A stretch of DNA of 25,928 bases from Chloroflexota bacterium (GCA_013153335.1 JAADEP010000128.1:1-25928); one strand, 5' to 3'; numbered from the stretch's first letter, positions 1-10,011 are shown. The notes: generated by a model not told the origin, from the letters alone. Program-made: numbers and translations.

Positions 1-2
1 CG

Positions 3-359
3 GCCGAAGTGCACTTCGGCGACTTCGGCCTCAAGGCCCTCGAGCCCGCGTGGATCACCGCCCGCCAGATCGAGGCCGCGCGGCGCGCGATTGTGCGCAC
101 CCTGCGCCGCCGGGGCAAGGTGTGGATCCGCATCTTCCCTGATAAGCCCGTGACCCGCCGGCCGGCCGAGACCCGCCTGGGCGGCGGCAAGGGCAACGTG
201 GAAGAGTGGGTCGCGGTGGTCAAACCGGGCCGCATCATGTTCGAGGTCGGCGGCGTCGCGCCCGAGCTGGCCCAGGCCGCGTTGCGCAAGGCCTCGTATA
301 AGCTGCCCATCGCGACCAAGATCGTGGCGCGCGAAGGGCGGGAAGAGGAACTGGCCTGA
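3..359 (+). CDS. rplP: 50S ribosomal protein L16 (5' end truncated by the window edge)
   Basis: Motifs [24 protein letters not shown] and RLGGGKG; the frame is open back to the window start; directly upstream of rpmC. Confidence 0.98.
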   Translation, partial: AEVHFGDFGLKALEPAWITARQIEAARRAIVRTLRRRGKVWIRIFPDKPVTRRPAETRLGGGKGNVEEWVAVVKPGRIMFEVGGVAPELAQAALRKASYKLPIATKIVAREGREEELA

Positions 360-395
360 CGGAGTCGCGTTAGGCCGGAAGACCAGGAGGTCCGC

Positions 396-620
396 ATGAA
401 GGCGTCGGAGATCCGAAAACTGTCCACCGAAGAAATCATTGAAAAGCTCGACGAAGCTCGGGAGCAGCTCATGCGCCTGCGCTTTCAGCAGGTGACGGGC
501 GAACTGGTGGACACCAGCCAATTCCGCAAGACCCGCCGCCTCATCGCCCGCTTGATGACCATCTTGCGCGAGCGGGAGATCGAGGCCGAGAAGCAATCTG
601 CCAGCGAGGGTGAAGCATGA
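396..620 (+). CDS. rpmC: 50S ribosomal protein L29
   Basis: [10 protein letters not shown]...[13 protein letters not shown]...[12 protein letters not shown]; AGGAGG RBS upstream; canonical position. Confidence 0.97.
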   Translation: MKASEIRKLSTEEIIEKLDEAREQLMRLRFQQVTGELVDTSQFRKTRRLIARLMTILREREIEAEKQSASEGEA

Positions 621-991
621 ACCGGCGGCGACGGCTTACGGGTGTGGTTGTATCCGACAAGATGCAAAAGACGGTGGTGGTCAAGGTGCGCCGCACCTTC
701 CGCCACCCCTTGTACAAGAAGGTCGTGCATCGGGATAAGAAGTACAAGGCCCACGACGAGCTGGGCGCGCGCGTGGGCGATGTGGTGGTGATCGTCGAGA
801 GCCGCCCCATTTCCAAAACCAAGCGGTGGGTTGTGCAACAGATCCTGAAACGAGCGGGCGAGGCGGCTCGCGAGCAGGATATGGTGGTCGAGGAAGAAGT
901 CGCGGCCCTGGAGGGCACGGGCGCGGAGCCCGAAGCCGAAGCCCAACCCGAAGCCGCGACCGAGGTGGATGCCGAGGCTGGGGAGGCGTAA
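617..991 (+). CDS. rpsQ: 30S ribosomal protein S17 with an acidic C-terminal extension
   Basis: [20 protein letters not shown] and [11 protein letters not shown] motifs; ATGA overlap with rpmC. Confidence 0.97.
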   Translation: MNRRRRLTGVVVSDKMQKTVVVKVRRTFRHPLYKKVVHRDKKYKAHDELGARVGDVVVIVESRPISKTKRWVVQQILKRAGEAAREQDMVVEEEVAALEGTGAEPEAEAQPEAATEVDAEAGEA

Positions 992-994
992 GCC

Positions 995-1366
995 ATGGTC
1001 CAGCAAGAGAGTCGACTTAAGATTGCCGACAACACGGGCGCGAAGGAAATCTTGGTCATTCGCGTCCTGGGTGGGTCCCACCGCAAATACGGTCGGGTGG
1101 GGGACGTGGTCGTCGGGACCGTCAAGGTCGCGACGCCTCACGGTCAGGTCAAGAAGAGCGACATCGTGCACGCGGTCATCGTGCGCACCAAGAAAGAATG
1201 GCGCCGGGAGGATGGCTCGTACATCCGCTTTGACGACAACGCGGCCGTCATCCTAGCGCCCGATGGCACCAATCCCCGCGGGACCCGGATTTTCGGGCCC
1301 GTCGCCCGAGAATTGCGGGAAAAGGGCTTTACCAAAATCATCTCCCTGGCGCCGGAAGTACTTTAG
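995..1366 (+). CDS. rplN: 50S ribosomal protein L14
   Basis: [27 protein letters not shown] and [11 protein letters not shown] motifs. Confidence 0.99.
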   Translation: MVQQESRLKIADNTGAKEILVIRVLGGSHRKYGRVGDVVVGTVKVATPHGQVKKSDIVHAVIVRTKKEWRREDGSYIRFDDNAAVILAPDGTNPRGTRIFGPVARELREKGFTKIISLAPEVL

Positions 1367-1396
1367 CCGGGCCAGATGGGCATGGAGTGACGAGCG

Positions 1397-1732
1397 ATGA
1401 CTCAGCCGAAGTTCAAGATCAAGAAGGGCGACATGGTCGAAGTCATCACCGGTCGGGACAAAGGCCGACGCGGGGAGGTGGTGCGGGTGTTGCCGCGCAA
1501 GGCCCGCGTGGTGGTGCAGGGCGTCAACCGGCGCAAGCGCCACCGCAAGTCGTACCAGGCGGGCGGGCGCACCCTCGAAGGCGGCATCATCGAGTTCGAA
1601 GCGCCCATCCACATTTCCAACGTGATGCTGATCTGCCCCAAGTGCGGGCAGCGCACCCGTGTCGGCATCCGGCGGGATGAGGATGGTACGCGCCACCGCG
1701 TGTGCAAGAAGTGCGGCGCGGATATCGACTGA
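1397..1732 (+). CDS. rplX: 50S ribosomal protein L24
   Basis: KIKKGDMVEVITGRDKG (KOW) and EAPIHISNVML; C-terminal CPKC...CKKC. Confidence 0.97.
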   Translation: MTQPKFKIKKGDMVEVITGRDKGRRGEVVRVLPRKARVVVQGVNRRKRHRKSYQAGGRTLEGGIIEFEAPIHISNVMLICPKCGQRTRVGIRRDEDGTRHRVCKKCGADID

Positions 1733-1790
1733 GTCCAGTCACCTTGCCCTCACGGACGGACGGTCCCCGTGAGGGGTGCGGAGGACGAAC

Positions 1791-2336
1791 ATGGCGCACT
1801 GGTTGAAGGAGAAGTACAAGAACGAAGTGGTCCCGGCCCTGATGCGGGAGTTCAACTACCCGAACATCATGGCCGTACCCCGCATCGAAAAGGTCGTGCT
1901 CAACATCGGCGTGGGCGAGGCCAAAGAGAACGCGAAGGCCCTGGAACACGCCGCGCGCGACCTCGCGACCATCGCGGGCCAAAAGCCCATCATCACCCGG
2001 GCCCGCAAGAGCATCGCGGGCTTTCGCCTGCGCAAGGGCATGCCCATCGGCGTCAAGGTCACCTTGCGGGGCGACCGCATGTGGGCCTTCTTAGACCGCT
2101 TGATGAACGTCGCGCTCCCTCGCGTGCGGGACTTCCGCGGGGTCTCGCCCAACGCGTTCGATGGCCGGGGCAACTACTCCTTGGGCTTGCGGGAACAGCT
2201 GGTGTTCCCGGAAATCGACTACGACCAGATCGACAAGATTCGAGGCCTCGAGGTCACCATCGTGACCACGGCCGAGACCGACGAAGAGGCCCGTCGTTTG
2301 TTGGCTCTCTTAGGGATGCCCTTCCGACGCCAGTAG
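1791..2336 (+). CDS. rplE: 50S ribosomal protein L5
   Basis: [25 protein letters not shown] and [10 protein letters not shown] motifs; ATG at 1791 chosen because GGAGG lies at 1780-1784. Confidence 0.98.
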   Translation: MAHWLKEKYKNEVVPALMREFNYPNIMAVPRIEKVVLNIGVGEAKENAKALEHAARDLATIAGQKPIITRARKSIAGFRLRKGMPIGVKVTLRGDRMWAFLDRLMNVALPRVRDFRGVSPNAFDGRGNYSLGLREQLVFPEIDYDQIDKIRGLEVTIVTTAETDEEARRLLALLGMPFRRQ

Positions 2337-2376
2337 TCGGAAGGCTGGGCAGAACTTCTTAGGGTGAGGTGCGAGC

Positions 2377-2559
2377 ATGACGCGCAAGGCTTTGATGTAC
2401 CGGAACAAGTTCAAGAAGTACAAGGTGCAGTACCGGAACCGCTGCCGCATCTGTGGGCGCCCCCGGGGTTACATCCGCCGCTTTGGTGTGTGCCGCATCT
2501 GCTTCCGGGAATTGGCGCTGGAAGGCAAGATCCCGGGTGTGGCGAAATCTTCCTGGTAG
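2377..2559 (+). CDS. rpsN: 30S ribosomal protein S14, type Z (zinc-binding)
   Basis: 60 aa; [26 protein letters not shown]; ends with SSW. Confidence 0.97.
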   Translation: MTRKALMYRNKFKKYKVQYRNRCRICGRPRGYIRRFGVCRICFRELALEGKIPGVAKSSW

Positions 2560-2576
2560 CGGTTGGAGGGAGCATT

Positions 2577-2990
2577 ATGGCGGTAAACGATCCCATTGCC
2601 GATATGCTGACGCGCATTCGGAACGCGCTCATGGCCGGGCACGAAGAGGTGACCATGCCTTCTTCCAAAATGAAAGAAGCGATTGCGCGCATCCTCAAAG
2701 AAGAAGGCTACATCAAAAACTATCGGGTCGAGTCGGGGGGCTCGTCCGCGCGTAAGACCTTGCGCCTGCAACTCAAGTACGTGGGCGAGCGGCGCCACCG
2801 ACGGCCCGTGATTCGGGGCTTAGAGCGGGTGAGCAAGCCCGGCCGCCGCGTGTACGCCCGCAAGCACGAGTTGCCTTGGGTGAAGTCGGGCATGGGGATC
2901 GCGATTGTGACCACGCCCAAGGGCGTGATGACCGCGCAACGCGCGCGCAAACTGGGCGTGGGTGGCGAGGTCATTTGCAAAGTTTGGTAA
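2577..2990 (+). CDS. rpsH: 30S ribosomal protein S8
   Basis: [23 protein letters not shown] and GGEVICKVW motifs; ATG at 2577 after GGAGG. Confidence 0.98.
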   Translation: MAVNDPIADMLTRIRNALMAGHEEVTMPSSKMKEAIARILKEEGYIKNYRVESGGSSARKTLRLQLKYVGERRHRRPVIRGLERVSKPGRRVYARKHELPWVKSGMGIAIVTTPKGVMTAQRARKLGVGGEVICKVW

Positions 2991-3017
2991 GCCATCACGG
3001 CGTTGGAGGTTGGCACC

Positions 3018-3569
3018 GTGTCTCGGATTGGACGCTTACCCATCCCCGTCCCCGAAAATGTGCAGGTGGAAATTCGGGGCTCGCATGTGCGGGTGAAGGG
3101 CCCGAAGGGCGAGTTGGCGTTTACCTTCCCCGCAGCCATGAAAATTATCTTTGATGAAAAGACCCGGACGTTGCGGGTTGAGCGCCCTTCGGACGAGAAA
3201 CAGCACAAGGCTTGGCACGGCACTACCCGCGCGGTGCTCAACAACATGGTGGTCGGTGTGTCCAAGGGCTTCCAGAAGGTCCTGGAAGTGCGCGGCACAG
3301 GCTACCGCGCGGAGGTCAAGGGCAAGGACCTGGTGCTCAACGTCGGGTACTCGCACCCGGTGGTCATCAGCCCGCCGCCGGGCATCGAGTTCGAAGCGCG
3401 ACGTGGCCCGCAGGGTTACCTGATCACGGTCAAGGGCTACGACAAAGTCCTGGTGGGCCAGGTCGCGGCCAACATCCGCAAGGTGCGCCCGCCGGAGCCT
3501 TACAAGGGCAAGGGCATTCGGTATCAGGGCGAGGTGGTACGCCGCAAGGCCGGCAAGGCCGGGCGGTAA
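3018..3569 (+). CDS. rplF: 50S ribosomal protein L6
   Basis: SRIGRLPIPVP, VKGPKGEL and RPPEPYKGKGIRY motifs; GTG at 3018 after GGAGGT at 3005-3010. Confidence 0.98.
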   Translation: MSRIGRLPIPVPENVQVEIRGSHVRVKGPKGELAFTFPAAMKIIFDEKTRTLRVERPSDEKQHKAWHGTTRAVLNNMVVGVSKGFQKVLEVRGTGYRAEVKGKDLVLNVGYSHPVVISPPPGIEFEARRGPQGYLITVKGYDKVLVGQVAANIRKVRPPEPYKGKGIRYQGEVVRRKAGKAGR

Positions 3570-3634
3570 CGCATTGACCCTTGGCTCCACGGAACCCCGT
3601 TGCGGGCCCGTGGGCCGGTAAGGGAGGTTGAACC

Positions 3635-4000
3635 ATGGCCAAGTTGAGTCGCAACGAAGCCCGCAAACGACGCCACAAGCGGGTGCGCAAGAAGGTCCAC
3701 GGCACACCCGAACGGCCTCGGCTGAACGTGTTCCGCAGCTTGACCCACATCTACGCGCAGATCATCGACGACGAAGCCGGCACGACCTTGGTCTCGGCTT
3801 CGACCATCGACCGAGAACTGCGGCCTTTGATGGCGGGCAAGACCAAGACCGAGCAAGCCCGCCTGGTGGGGGAAAAGCTCGCGGAACGGGCCTTGGCCAA
3901 GGGCATCACCCGCGTGGTGTTCGACCGGGGCGGGTACAAGTATTTTGGCCGGGTCAAGGCCTTGGCCGATGGCGCCCGGGCCGGTGGCCTGGAGTTCTAA
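3635..4000 (+). CDS. rplR: 50S ribosomal protein L18
   Basis: [30 protein letters not shown] and ARAGGLEF motifs. Confidence 0.98.
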   Translation: MAKLSRNEARKRRHKRVRKKVHGTPERPRLNVFRSLTHIYAQIIDDEAGTTLVSASTIDRELRPLMAGKTKTEQARLVGEKLAERALAKGITRVVFDRGGYKYFGRVKALADGARAGGLEF

Positions 4001-4038
4001 ACGGCCTCAGAAACCGAAGCCGATAGGGAGGCACGAGT

Positions 4039-4590
4039 ATGGCGATGGATTATGTCGCACCGGATGCGTACGAGGAAGAGCTGGACGAGCGCACCATTGA
4101 GATCGCCCGGGTGGCCAAGGTGGTCAAGGGCGGTCGGCGTTTCTCCTTCCGAGCCACGGTGGTGGTCGGTGATCGGCGCGGGCGGGTCGGCCTGGGCATT
4201 GGCAAGGCCAACGCGGTGCCCGACGCGGTGCGCAAGGCCAGCGAACGGGCTCGGCGCAACATGATCAAAATCAATTTGTACGACACCACCATTCCGCACG
4301 AGGTGATCGGCGAGGTGGGCGGTGCGCGGGTGCTGCTGAAGCCCGCGTCGCCCGGTACGGGCGTGATCGCCGCGGGCGGCGTGCGCGCGATTTTGGAGGC
4401 CGCGGGCATCCGTGACGTGCTCACCAAGTCCATGGGGGCGAACACGTTGATCAACGTGGTGCAGGCCACCATGGACGCGCTGCAACAGCTGCGCGCGGTC
4501 GAGGAAGTGGCGCAGGAGCGCAACAAGCCCATTGAGCATGTGATGCCGTTCTGGGATCGCCGCAAGCGGAGGAAGTCGCATGGCCGGTAA
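4039..4590 (+). CDS. rpsE: 30S ribosomal protein S5
   Basis: [14 protein letters not shown] and [15 protein letters not shown] motifs. Confidence 0.98.
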   Translation: MAMDYVAPDAYEEELDERTIEIARVAKVVKGGRRFSFRATVVVGDRRGRVGLGIGKANAVPDAVRKASERARRNMIKINLYDTTIPHEVIGEVGGARVLLKPASPGTGVIAAGGVRAILEAAGIRDVLTKSMGANTLINVVQATMDALQQLRAVEEVAQERNKPIEHVMPFWDRRKRRKSHGR

Positions 4591-4771
4591 GCGATTGCGC
4601 ATTACGCTGGTGAAGAGCCCGATAGGGTATTCGAAACGGCAGAAAGAGACGGTGCGCGCGCTGGGCTTGCGCCGGTTGAACCAGACGGTCGAGCACGCGG
4701 ATACGCCGATGATCCGGGGGATGGTGGCGAAGGTGGCGCACCTGGTGCGCGTAGAAGAGGTGGAGCAGTAG
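4580..4771 (+). CDS. rpmD: 50S ribosomal protein L30
   Basis: [21 protein letters not shown] and [12 protein letters not shown] motifs; overlaps the end of rpsE. Confidence 0.97.
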   Translation: MAGKRLRITLVKSPIGYSKRQKETVRALGLRRLNQTVEHADTPMIRGMVAKVAHLVRVEEVEQ

Positions 4772-4826
4772 TTCGTGTAGCCCTCACGGGCGACAGGTTC
4801 GTTATCCTGTGCATGGGAGTGGGGTC

Positions 4827-5282
4827 ATGAAGATCCACGATTTACGACCGAATCCGGGGGCGAAGCACCGCAAAAAGCGGGTGGGCCGGGGCATCGCGGC
4901 CGGCCAGGGCAAGACCGCAGGCCGCGGCACCAAGGGCCAAAACGCGCGCGCGGGCGGCGGTGTGCGTCCCTATCACGAAGGCGGGAACCTGCCTTTGGTG
5001 CGCCGCTTGCCCACCAAGCGCGGGTTCAAGCCGCCTTTCCCAAAGCAATTTCACGAGATCAACCTTGACCAACTGGCCCAACGCTTTCAGGCGGGCGAGG
5101 AAGTGACGCCCGAGACCCTGGTGGCCAAGGGCTTGCTGCGCAAGGTCCGCTATCCCATCGTCATCTTGGGCCGCGGCGATCTGGATATCGCGCTCACGGT
5201 CAAAGTCCACCGGGTGAGCCAGGGCGCGCGTGCCAAGATCGAAGCTGCCGGCGGCCAGGTGGAAATCATCGCCTGGTCCTGA
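4827..5282 (+). CDS. rplO: 50S ribosomal protein L15
   Basis: KRVGRGIAAGQGKTAGRGTKGQNAR, EGGNLPLVRRLP and KIEAAGG motifs. Confidence 0.98.
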   Translation: MKIHDLRPNPGAKHRKKRVGRGIAAGQGKTAGRGTKGQNARAGGGVRPYHEGGNLPLVRRLPTKRGFKPPFPKQFHEINLDQLAQRFQAGEEVTPETLVAKGLLRKVRYPIVILGRGDLDIALTVKVHRVSQGARAKIEAAGGQVEIIAWS

Positions 5283-5310
5283 CCGGCCCGGCCCGTGAGG
5301 AGTTCCGTCC

Positions 5311-6657
5311 ATGAAAGGTTCACCATGGCGTTACCTCTGGATCGCCGAAGACATCCGCCGCAAGCTTTTGATCACCATCGGCATTTTGGTGATCTACCGC
5401 TTCGCGGCGCAGATCCCGGTGCCGGGGGTGGACGCGGATGTCATGGCCCAGCTGCTGCAAAGCACCAAGCCCGGCGCCGGGTTTTTGAATCTGCTCAACT
5501 TTCTCTCGGGCGGCGCGTTGGCCCGGTTCTCGGTGCTCTCGATGGGTGTGTACCCGTACATTACCGCGCAGATTATTTTGCAGATTTTGGTGCCCATCGT
5601 GCCTTCGTGGCAGCGCCGCATGGAAGAGGACCCGCGGGAAGGCCGGAAGTGGATGGAGCGCTGGAGCTACATTTTGGCCGTCCCCGTGGCCGCGTTGCAG
5701 GCGCTGGGCCAGATCCGCTTGGTCTCGTACTTCGGCGGGGTGCCCGTCATCCCCAATTTCGGCTTTTCGGGCGACAAAATTTTGCCCAGCATCGCCATTA
5801 TTCTCGCGATGACCGCGGGCACGATGTTCGCGATCTGGCTGGGTGAGCTGATCTCTGAGTACGGCATCAAAGGCCAGGGCATTTCCCTCATCATCTTCGC
5901 GGGCATCACCGCGCGGCTGCCGTACAACTTCGCGACCTTGTGGCAAGACCCGCAGAACCGCTGGTTCTACACCGCGGTCTCGCTTATCGTGCTGGTCTTC
6001 ACCGTGTTCCTTATCGTGTTCGTGCAGCAGGGCAAGCGGTTGGTGCCGGTGATGTACCCGGGCCGGCGCATTGGCCGCCGTATGTCCATGCCTGTCAAAG
6101 GAACGCTGCCGCTGCCCGTCAACATGGCCGGCATGATCCCGCTCATTTTCGCACAGTCGTTGCTCGCGCTGCCCGGCATGTTCGCAGGACTCTTCCTCAA
6201 CTCGAGCAACGAAACCCTGCGCAACATCGCGAGCGCCATCCAGCGTTTCTTTGACCCCAACTACGGCACCTACTGGTGGAGCTACTTCATCTTCGTGGTG
6301 CTCTTCACCTTCTTCTACACCGAAGTGCTCTTCATGCAGCAGAGCTACGGCGAGCAGTTGCGCCGCCAGGGCGCGCGCATCCCGGGCGTGCCCCCCGGAG
6401 AACCCACGCAAGAGTACCTGACCCGGGTGCTGCGCCGCATCACGCTGCCCGGCGCGCTGTTCCTGGGCTTCGTAGCCATCCTGCCCTATTTGCTCACCCT
6501 GCTCGTGCCGTCCGCGGCCCAGGGCGGGTATTCGTCGCTGCTGCTCATCTCGTCCTCGGGCCTCATCATCGTGGTCGGCGTGGTGCGGGACCTGTTGTAC
6601 AACATCGAGGCTGAGCTCAAGATGCACGGCTACGAAGAGCGCTTGCTGATCCGGTAA
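5311..6657 (+). CDS. secY: Preprotein translocase subunit SecY
   Basis: IPVPG, SVLSMGVYPYITAQI, WLGELISEYGI, MIPLIFA and IPGVPPGEPT motifs; about 10 hydrophobic segments; located between rplO and adk. Confidence 0.98.
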   Translation: MKGSPWRYLWIAEDIRRKLLITIGILVIYRFAAQIPVPGVDADVMAQLLQSTKPGAGFLNLLNFLSGGALARFSVLSMGVYPYITAQIILQILVPIVPSWQRRMEEDPREGRKWMERWSYILAVPVAALQALGQIRLVSYFGGVPVIPNFGFSGDKILPSIAIILAMTAGTMFAIWLGELISEYGIKGQGISLIIFAGITARLPYNFATLWQDPQNRWFYTAVSLIVLVFTVFLIVFVQQGKRLVPVMYPGRRIGRRMSMPVKGTLPLPVNMAGMIPLIFAQSLLALPGMFAGLFLNSSNETLRNIASAIQRFFDPNYGTYWWSYFIFVVLFTFFYTEVLFMQQSYGEQLRRQGARIPGVPPGEPTQEYLTRVLRRITLPGALFLGFVAILPYLLTLLVPSAAQGGYSSLLLISSSGLIIVVGVVRDLLYNIEAELKMHGYEERLLIR

Positions 6658-6679
6658 GGAGTGGGAGAGGAGCGGGACG

Positions 6680-7384
6680 ATGGCAACCACCACGGATGAG
6701 CGACCATTGTTCATTGTGCTCTTGGGCCCGCCTGGCGCGGGCAAGGGCACGCAGGCCAAACGCCTGGCCGAAGCGCTGGGGCTGCCCCACATTTCCACGG
6801 GCGATATCTTTCGGGAGCACCTGAAGAAGCAGACGCCTTTGGGACGGCTGGCCCAGCAATATATGGACCGCGGCGCGTTGGTGCCCGACGAGGTGACCAT
6901 TGAGATGGTCCGCGAGCGTTTGAGCCGGGACGACGCGCGGCGAGGCGCGATTTTGGATGGGTTCCCGCGGACCTTGGCGCAGGCTGAGGCTTTCGCGGCT
7001 ATGCTCGCGGAACGGGGCGCGCGCTTGATCGTGCCCTACATCCGCGTGCCCGAAGAGGTCTTGGTCGAACGCTTGAGCGGCCGCTGGATCTGCCGCGCTC
7101 ACGGCCATATTTTCCATGAGAAGTACAACCCACCCAAACAGCCGGGCGTGTGCGATTACGACGGTTCGGAACTTTACCAACGCGAAGACGATAAGCCCGA
7201 GACCATTCAGCACCGCATCCGGGTGTATGAGGAAGAAACCGCGCCGCTGATTGAGTACTATCGCAACCAGGGCGTGTTGGTCGAGATCGACGGCAATCGC
7301 CCGATGGATGAGGTCACGTGGGCCTTGATCGATGCGGTGCAAGACGCGCTCAATCAAAAGTCAACGGCCTCTGAGGACGCGTAA
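6680..7384 (+). CDS. adk: Adenylate kinase
   Basis: P-loop GPPGAGKGTQ, HISTGDIFR, LDGFPRT and lid followed by QREDDKPE. Confidence 0.98.
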   Translation: MATTTDERPLFIVLLGPPGAGKGTQAKRLAEALGLPHISTGDIFREHLKKQTPLGRLAQQYMDRGALVPDEVTIEMVRERLSRDDARRGAILDGFPRTLAQAEAFAAMLAERGARLIVPYIRVPEEVLVERLSGRWICRAHGHIFHEKYNPPKQPGVCDYDGSELYQREDDKPETIQHRIRVYEEETAPLIEYYRNQGVLVEIDGNRPMDEVTWALIDAVQDALNQKSTASEDA

Positions 7385-7387
7385 GCC

Positions 7388-8161
7388 ATGGTCTGGACCC
7401 GCCGCGTCATCCTCAAAAGCCCGCAAGAGATCGCGATCATGCGCGAGGCCGGGCGCATCAACGCGTTGGCGTTGGACGCGGTGCGGAAGGCCATCCGGCC
7501 CGGGGTCACAACCGCAGAGCTGGATGCCATCGCGGAAGAGGTCATCCGTTCCCACGGCGCGAAACCCGCGTTCAAGGGCTATCCGGGGCCGTATCCGTAC
7601 CCCGCGACCATCACGGTCAGCATCAACGACGAGCTGGTGCACGGCATCCCGAGCCCCAAGCGGGTGCTCAAAGAGGGGGATATCGTCTCGGTGGATTGCG
7701 GCACGGTCTATCAAGGCTTTATCGCGGATTCGGCCTTTAGCATGGGCGTGGGCGAGATCTCGCCCCTGGCCCAAAAGTTGCTCCGGGTGACCGAAGAGGC
7801 CTTGTATAAGGGCATTGAAAAGCTGCGGCCAGGCAACCGCATTGGCGATGTGTCGTGGGCCATCCAACAGCACGTGGAATCGAACGGCTTTTATGTGACC
7901 CGCGAATACACCGGGCACGGTGTAGGCCGCTCGATGCACGAGTTCCCGATGGTGCCGAACTACGGTCGGCCTGGGCAAGGTCTGGAGATCCAGCCCGGGC
8001 TGACGGTGGCCCTCGAGCCCATGGTGCTGGTGGGGACCCCGCGCACCAAGGTCAAGCCTGATGGCTGGACGGTGGTTTCGGCCGATGGATCGCTGACCGC
8101 GCATTTTGAGCATACGGTCGCGGTCACGCCCGCAGGGCCGGTGATTCTGACCCAATTGTAG
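7388..8161 (+). CDS. map: Methionine aminopeptidase, type I
   Basis: [39 protein letters not shown] and AHFEHTV motifs. Confidence 0.98.
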   Translation: MVWTRRVILKSPQEIAIMREAGRINALALDAVRKAIRPGVTTAELDAIAEEVIRSHGAKPAFKGYPGPYPYPATITVSINDELVHGIPSPKRVLKEGDIVSVDCGTVYQGFIADSAFSMGVGEISPLAQKLLRVTEEALYKGIEKLRPGNRIGDVSWAIQQHVESNGFYVTREYTGHGVGRSMHEFPMVPNYGRPGQGLEIQPGLTVALEPMVLVGTPRTKVKPDGWTVVSADGSLTAHFEHTVAVTPAGPVILTQL

Positions 8162-8164
8162 GTT

Positions 8165-8185
8165 GGGCCGGGAAATTTTCGGCCC
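8165..8185 (+). other. Stem-loop after map (possible terminator or processing site, no U-tract)
   Basis: GGGCCG(8165-8170)/CGGCCC(8180-8185), extendable by G-U and A-U pairs. Confidence 0.4.
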
Positions 8186-8191
8186 CTCGCC

Positions 8192-8219
8192 TGGACAAAC
8201 AACGGCTTTTCGGTATAAT
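8192..8219 (+). promoter_or_regulatory. Sigma70-type internal promoter for the alpha operon (rpmJ-rpsM...)
   Basis: TGGACA (8192-8197), 16 bp spacer, TATAAT (8214-8219), in the map-rpmJ spacer. Confidence 0.75.
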
Positions 8220-8268
8220 AGCGAATTTGCGGGAGCTGGATGATCGGGATTTGGAAAGGAGCGGAACG

Positions 8269-8382
8269 ATGAAGGTCTCTTCTTCGGTCAAGAAACGCTG
8301 CTCGAAGTGCAAGATTGTGCGCCGACGCGGGCGTGTGTATGTGATCTGCGAAGATCCTCGCCACAAACAGCGACAGGGGTAG
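8269..8382 (+). CDS. rpmJ: 50S ribosomal protein L36 (not in the ORF track)
   Basis: Translated by hand: [37 protein letters not shown] (37 aa); AAAGGAG RBS upstream. Confidence 0.98.
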   Translation: MKVSSSVKKRCSKCKIVRRRGRVYVICEDPRHKQRQG

Positions 8383-8386
8383 GCTT

Positions 8387-8776
8387 ATGGCACGGATTGC
8401 CGGTGTTGACTTGCCGCGGAACAAACGCATTGAAATCGCGCTGACCTACATTTACGGCATTGGTCGGTCGCGCGCGAAGGAAATCTTGGCTGCAACGGGT
8501 GTGAGCCCGGATCGCCGGGTGTATGAGCTTTCGCCCGACGAGGTGGCCCGCCTGCGGGAGTTTATCTCACGCAATTATAAGGTGGAAGGTGACTTGCGCC
8601 GCGAGGTGCAAATGAACATCAAGCGGCTGATGGATATCGGCTGCTACCGCGGGCTGCGCCACCGCCGGGGCTTGCCCGTGCGCGGGCAACGCACGCGCAC
8701 CAACGCGCGCACGCGCAAAGGCCCGCGTAAGACCGTGGCCGGGCGCGGCCGACGCCGCGGCGCGAAGAAGAAGTAA
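8387..8776 (+). CDS. rpsM: 30S ribosomal protein S13
   Basis: [19 protein letters not shown] and [22 protein letters not shown] motifs. Confidence 0.99.
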   Translation: MARIAGVDLPRNKRIEIALTYIYGIGRSRAKEILAATGVSPDRRVYELSPDEVARLREFISRNYKVEGDLRREVQMNIKRLMDIGCYRGLRHRRGLPVRGQRTRTNARTRKGPRKTVAGRGRRRGAKKK

Positions 8777-8847
8777 GTTTCGGGCTGCTGCCCTCGCCCT
8801 ACGGGCTGGAGGCAGGCCCAAAGAGAACCTCAAGGAGAGTTGGGCTT

Positions 8848-9249
8848 ATGGCTCGTTCGGTTCGTTCGTCTCGCCGTCGTCGCACCAAGGTCAAGCGCGT
8901 GGTGCCCCGGGGCCGGATTTACATCCAGGCCACGTTCAACAACACCATCGTCACCATCACCGACGAGCAGGGCAACACCATTACCTGGGCCAGCGGCGGT
9001 ACGGTGGGCTTCAAAGGGACGCGCAAAAGCACGCCTTTCGCCGCGCGACTGGCCCTGGAGCAAGCGGTCAAGGCCGCGCGCGATATGGGCTTGCGCGAAG
9101 CCCACGTCTTCGTCAAGGGCCCGGGCCCGGGGCGCGAAGCTGCCTTGCGCGCGCTGATCAACATCGACGGCATCAAGATTTTGTCGATTTCGGATATTAC
9201 GCCTATTCCGCATAACGGTTGCCGACCGCCGAAGAAGCGACGGGTGTAA
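8848..9249 (+). CDS. rpsK: 30S ribosomal protein S11
   Basis: [25 protein letters not shown] and [16 protein letters not shown] motifs. Confidence 0.99.
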   Translation: MARSVRSSRRRRTKVKRVVPRGRIYIQATFNNTIVTITDEQGNTITWASGGTVGFKGTRKSTPFAARLALEQAVKAARDMGLREAHVFVKGPGPGREAALRALINIDGIKILSISDITPIPHNGCRPPKKRRV

Positions 9250-9369
9250 AGGCGTCGGCGCCGGACCCGGCGGCGCTTCGGCCCACCGGGTTAGCGTTTG
9301 GTTCGGTCCCGTCAACCCGCCTCGCGCCGCGCGAGGCGGTCAATCCGCGTCAAGGAGAGAGGCGGTTCT

Positions 9370-10011
9370 ATGGGTAGGTATCTTGGTCCGGTCTGTCGTT
9401 TGTGCCGCCGCGAAGGCGAAAAGTTGTATCTCAAAGGCGCGAAGTGCTTCACCGAAAAGTGCCCCTTTGAGCGTCGAAAATACCCGCCCGGCCAGCATGG
9501 CCGCATGGCCGCGTTGCGCCGCAGCCGCGAGTCCGACTTCGCCAAGCAGCTGCGCGCGAAGCAGCGCGCGAAGCGTATCTACGGCGTGAGCGAGCGCCAG
9601 TTCCGCCGTTACTTCGACGCCGCGACCCAACGCCGGGGCCTTACGGGCCTCAACTTGCTCCAGATCCTCGAGTCGCGGCTCGACAACGTGGTCTATCGCC
9701 TGGGCTTCGCGCGCAGCCGGGCCGAGGCGCGGCAGCTGGTGACCCACGGCCACTTCACGGTCAATGGCCGCCGCACCGACGTGCCCTCGTATTTGCTCAG
9801 CCCAGGGGATGTGGTCGCGGTGCGCGAAGGCTCGCGCAAGCGCCGTTTCTTCCAAGAGATCATCCCCGAATGGGCCGCGCAACGGTCCGTCCCCGCGTGG
9901 CTGGAACGGGATTTGGATAACCTCTCGGGTCGGGTGCTGCGTTTGCCCGAGCGCGGGGAGATCGACGCAACCATCAATGAGCAGTTGATTGTGGAATACT
10001 ACTCGCGCTAA
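9370..10011 (+). CDS. rpsD: 30S ribosomal protein S4
   Basis: [36 protein letters not shown] and [11 protein letters not shown] motifs. Confidence 0.98.
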   Translation: MGRYLGPVCRLCRREGEKLYLKGAKCFTEKCPFERRKYPPGQHGRMAALRRSRESDFAKQLRAKQRAKRIYGVSERQFRRYFDAATQRRGLTGLNLLQILESRLDNVVYRLGFARSRAEARQLVTHGHFTVNGRRTDVPSYLLSPGDVVAVREGSRKRRFFQEIIPEWAAQRSVPAWLERDLDNLSGRVLRLPERGEIDATINEQLIVEYYSR

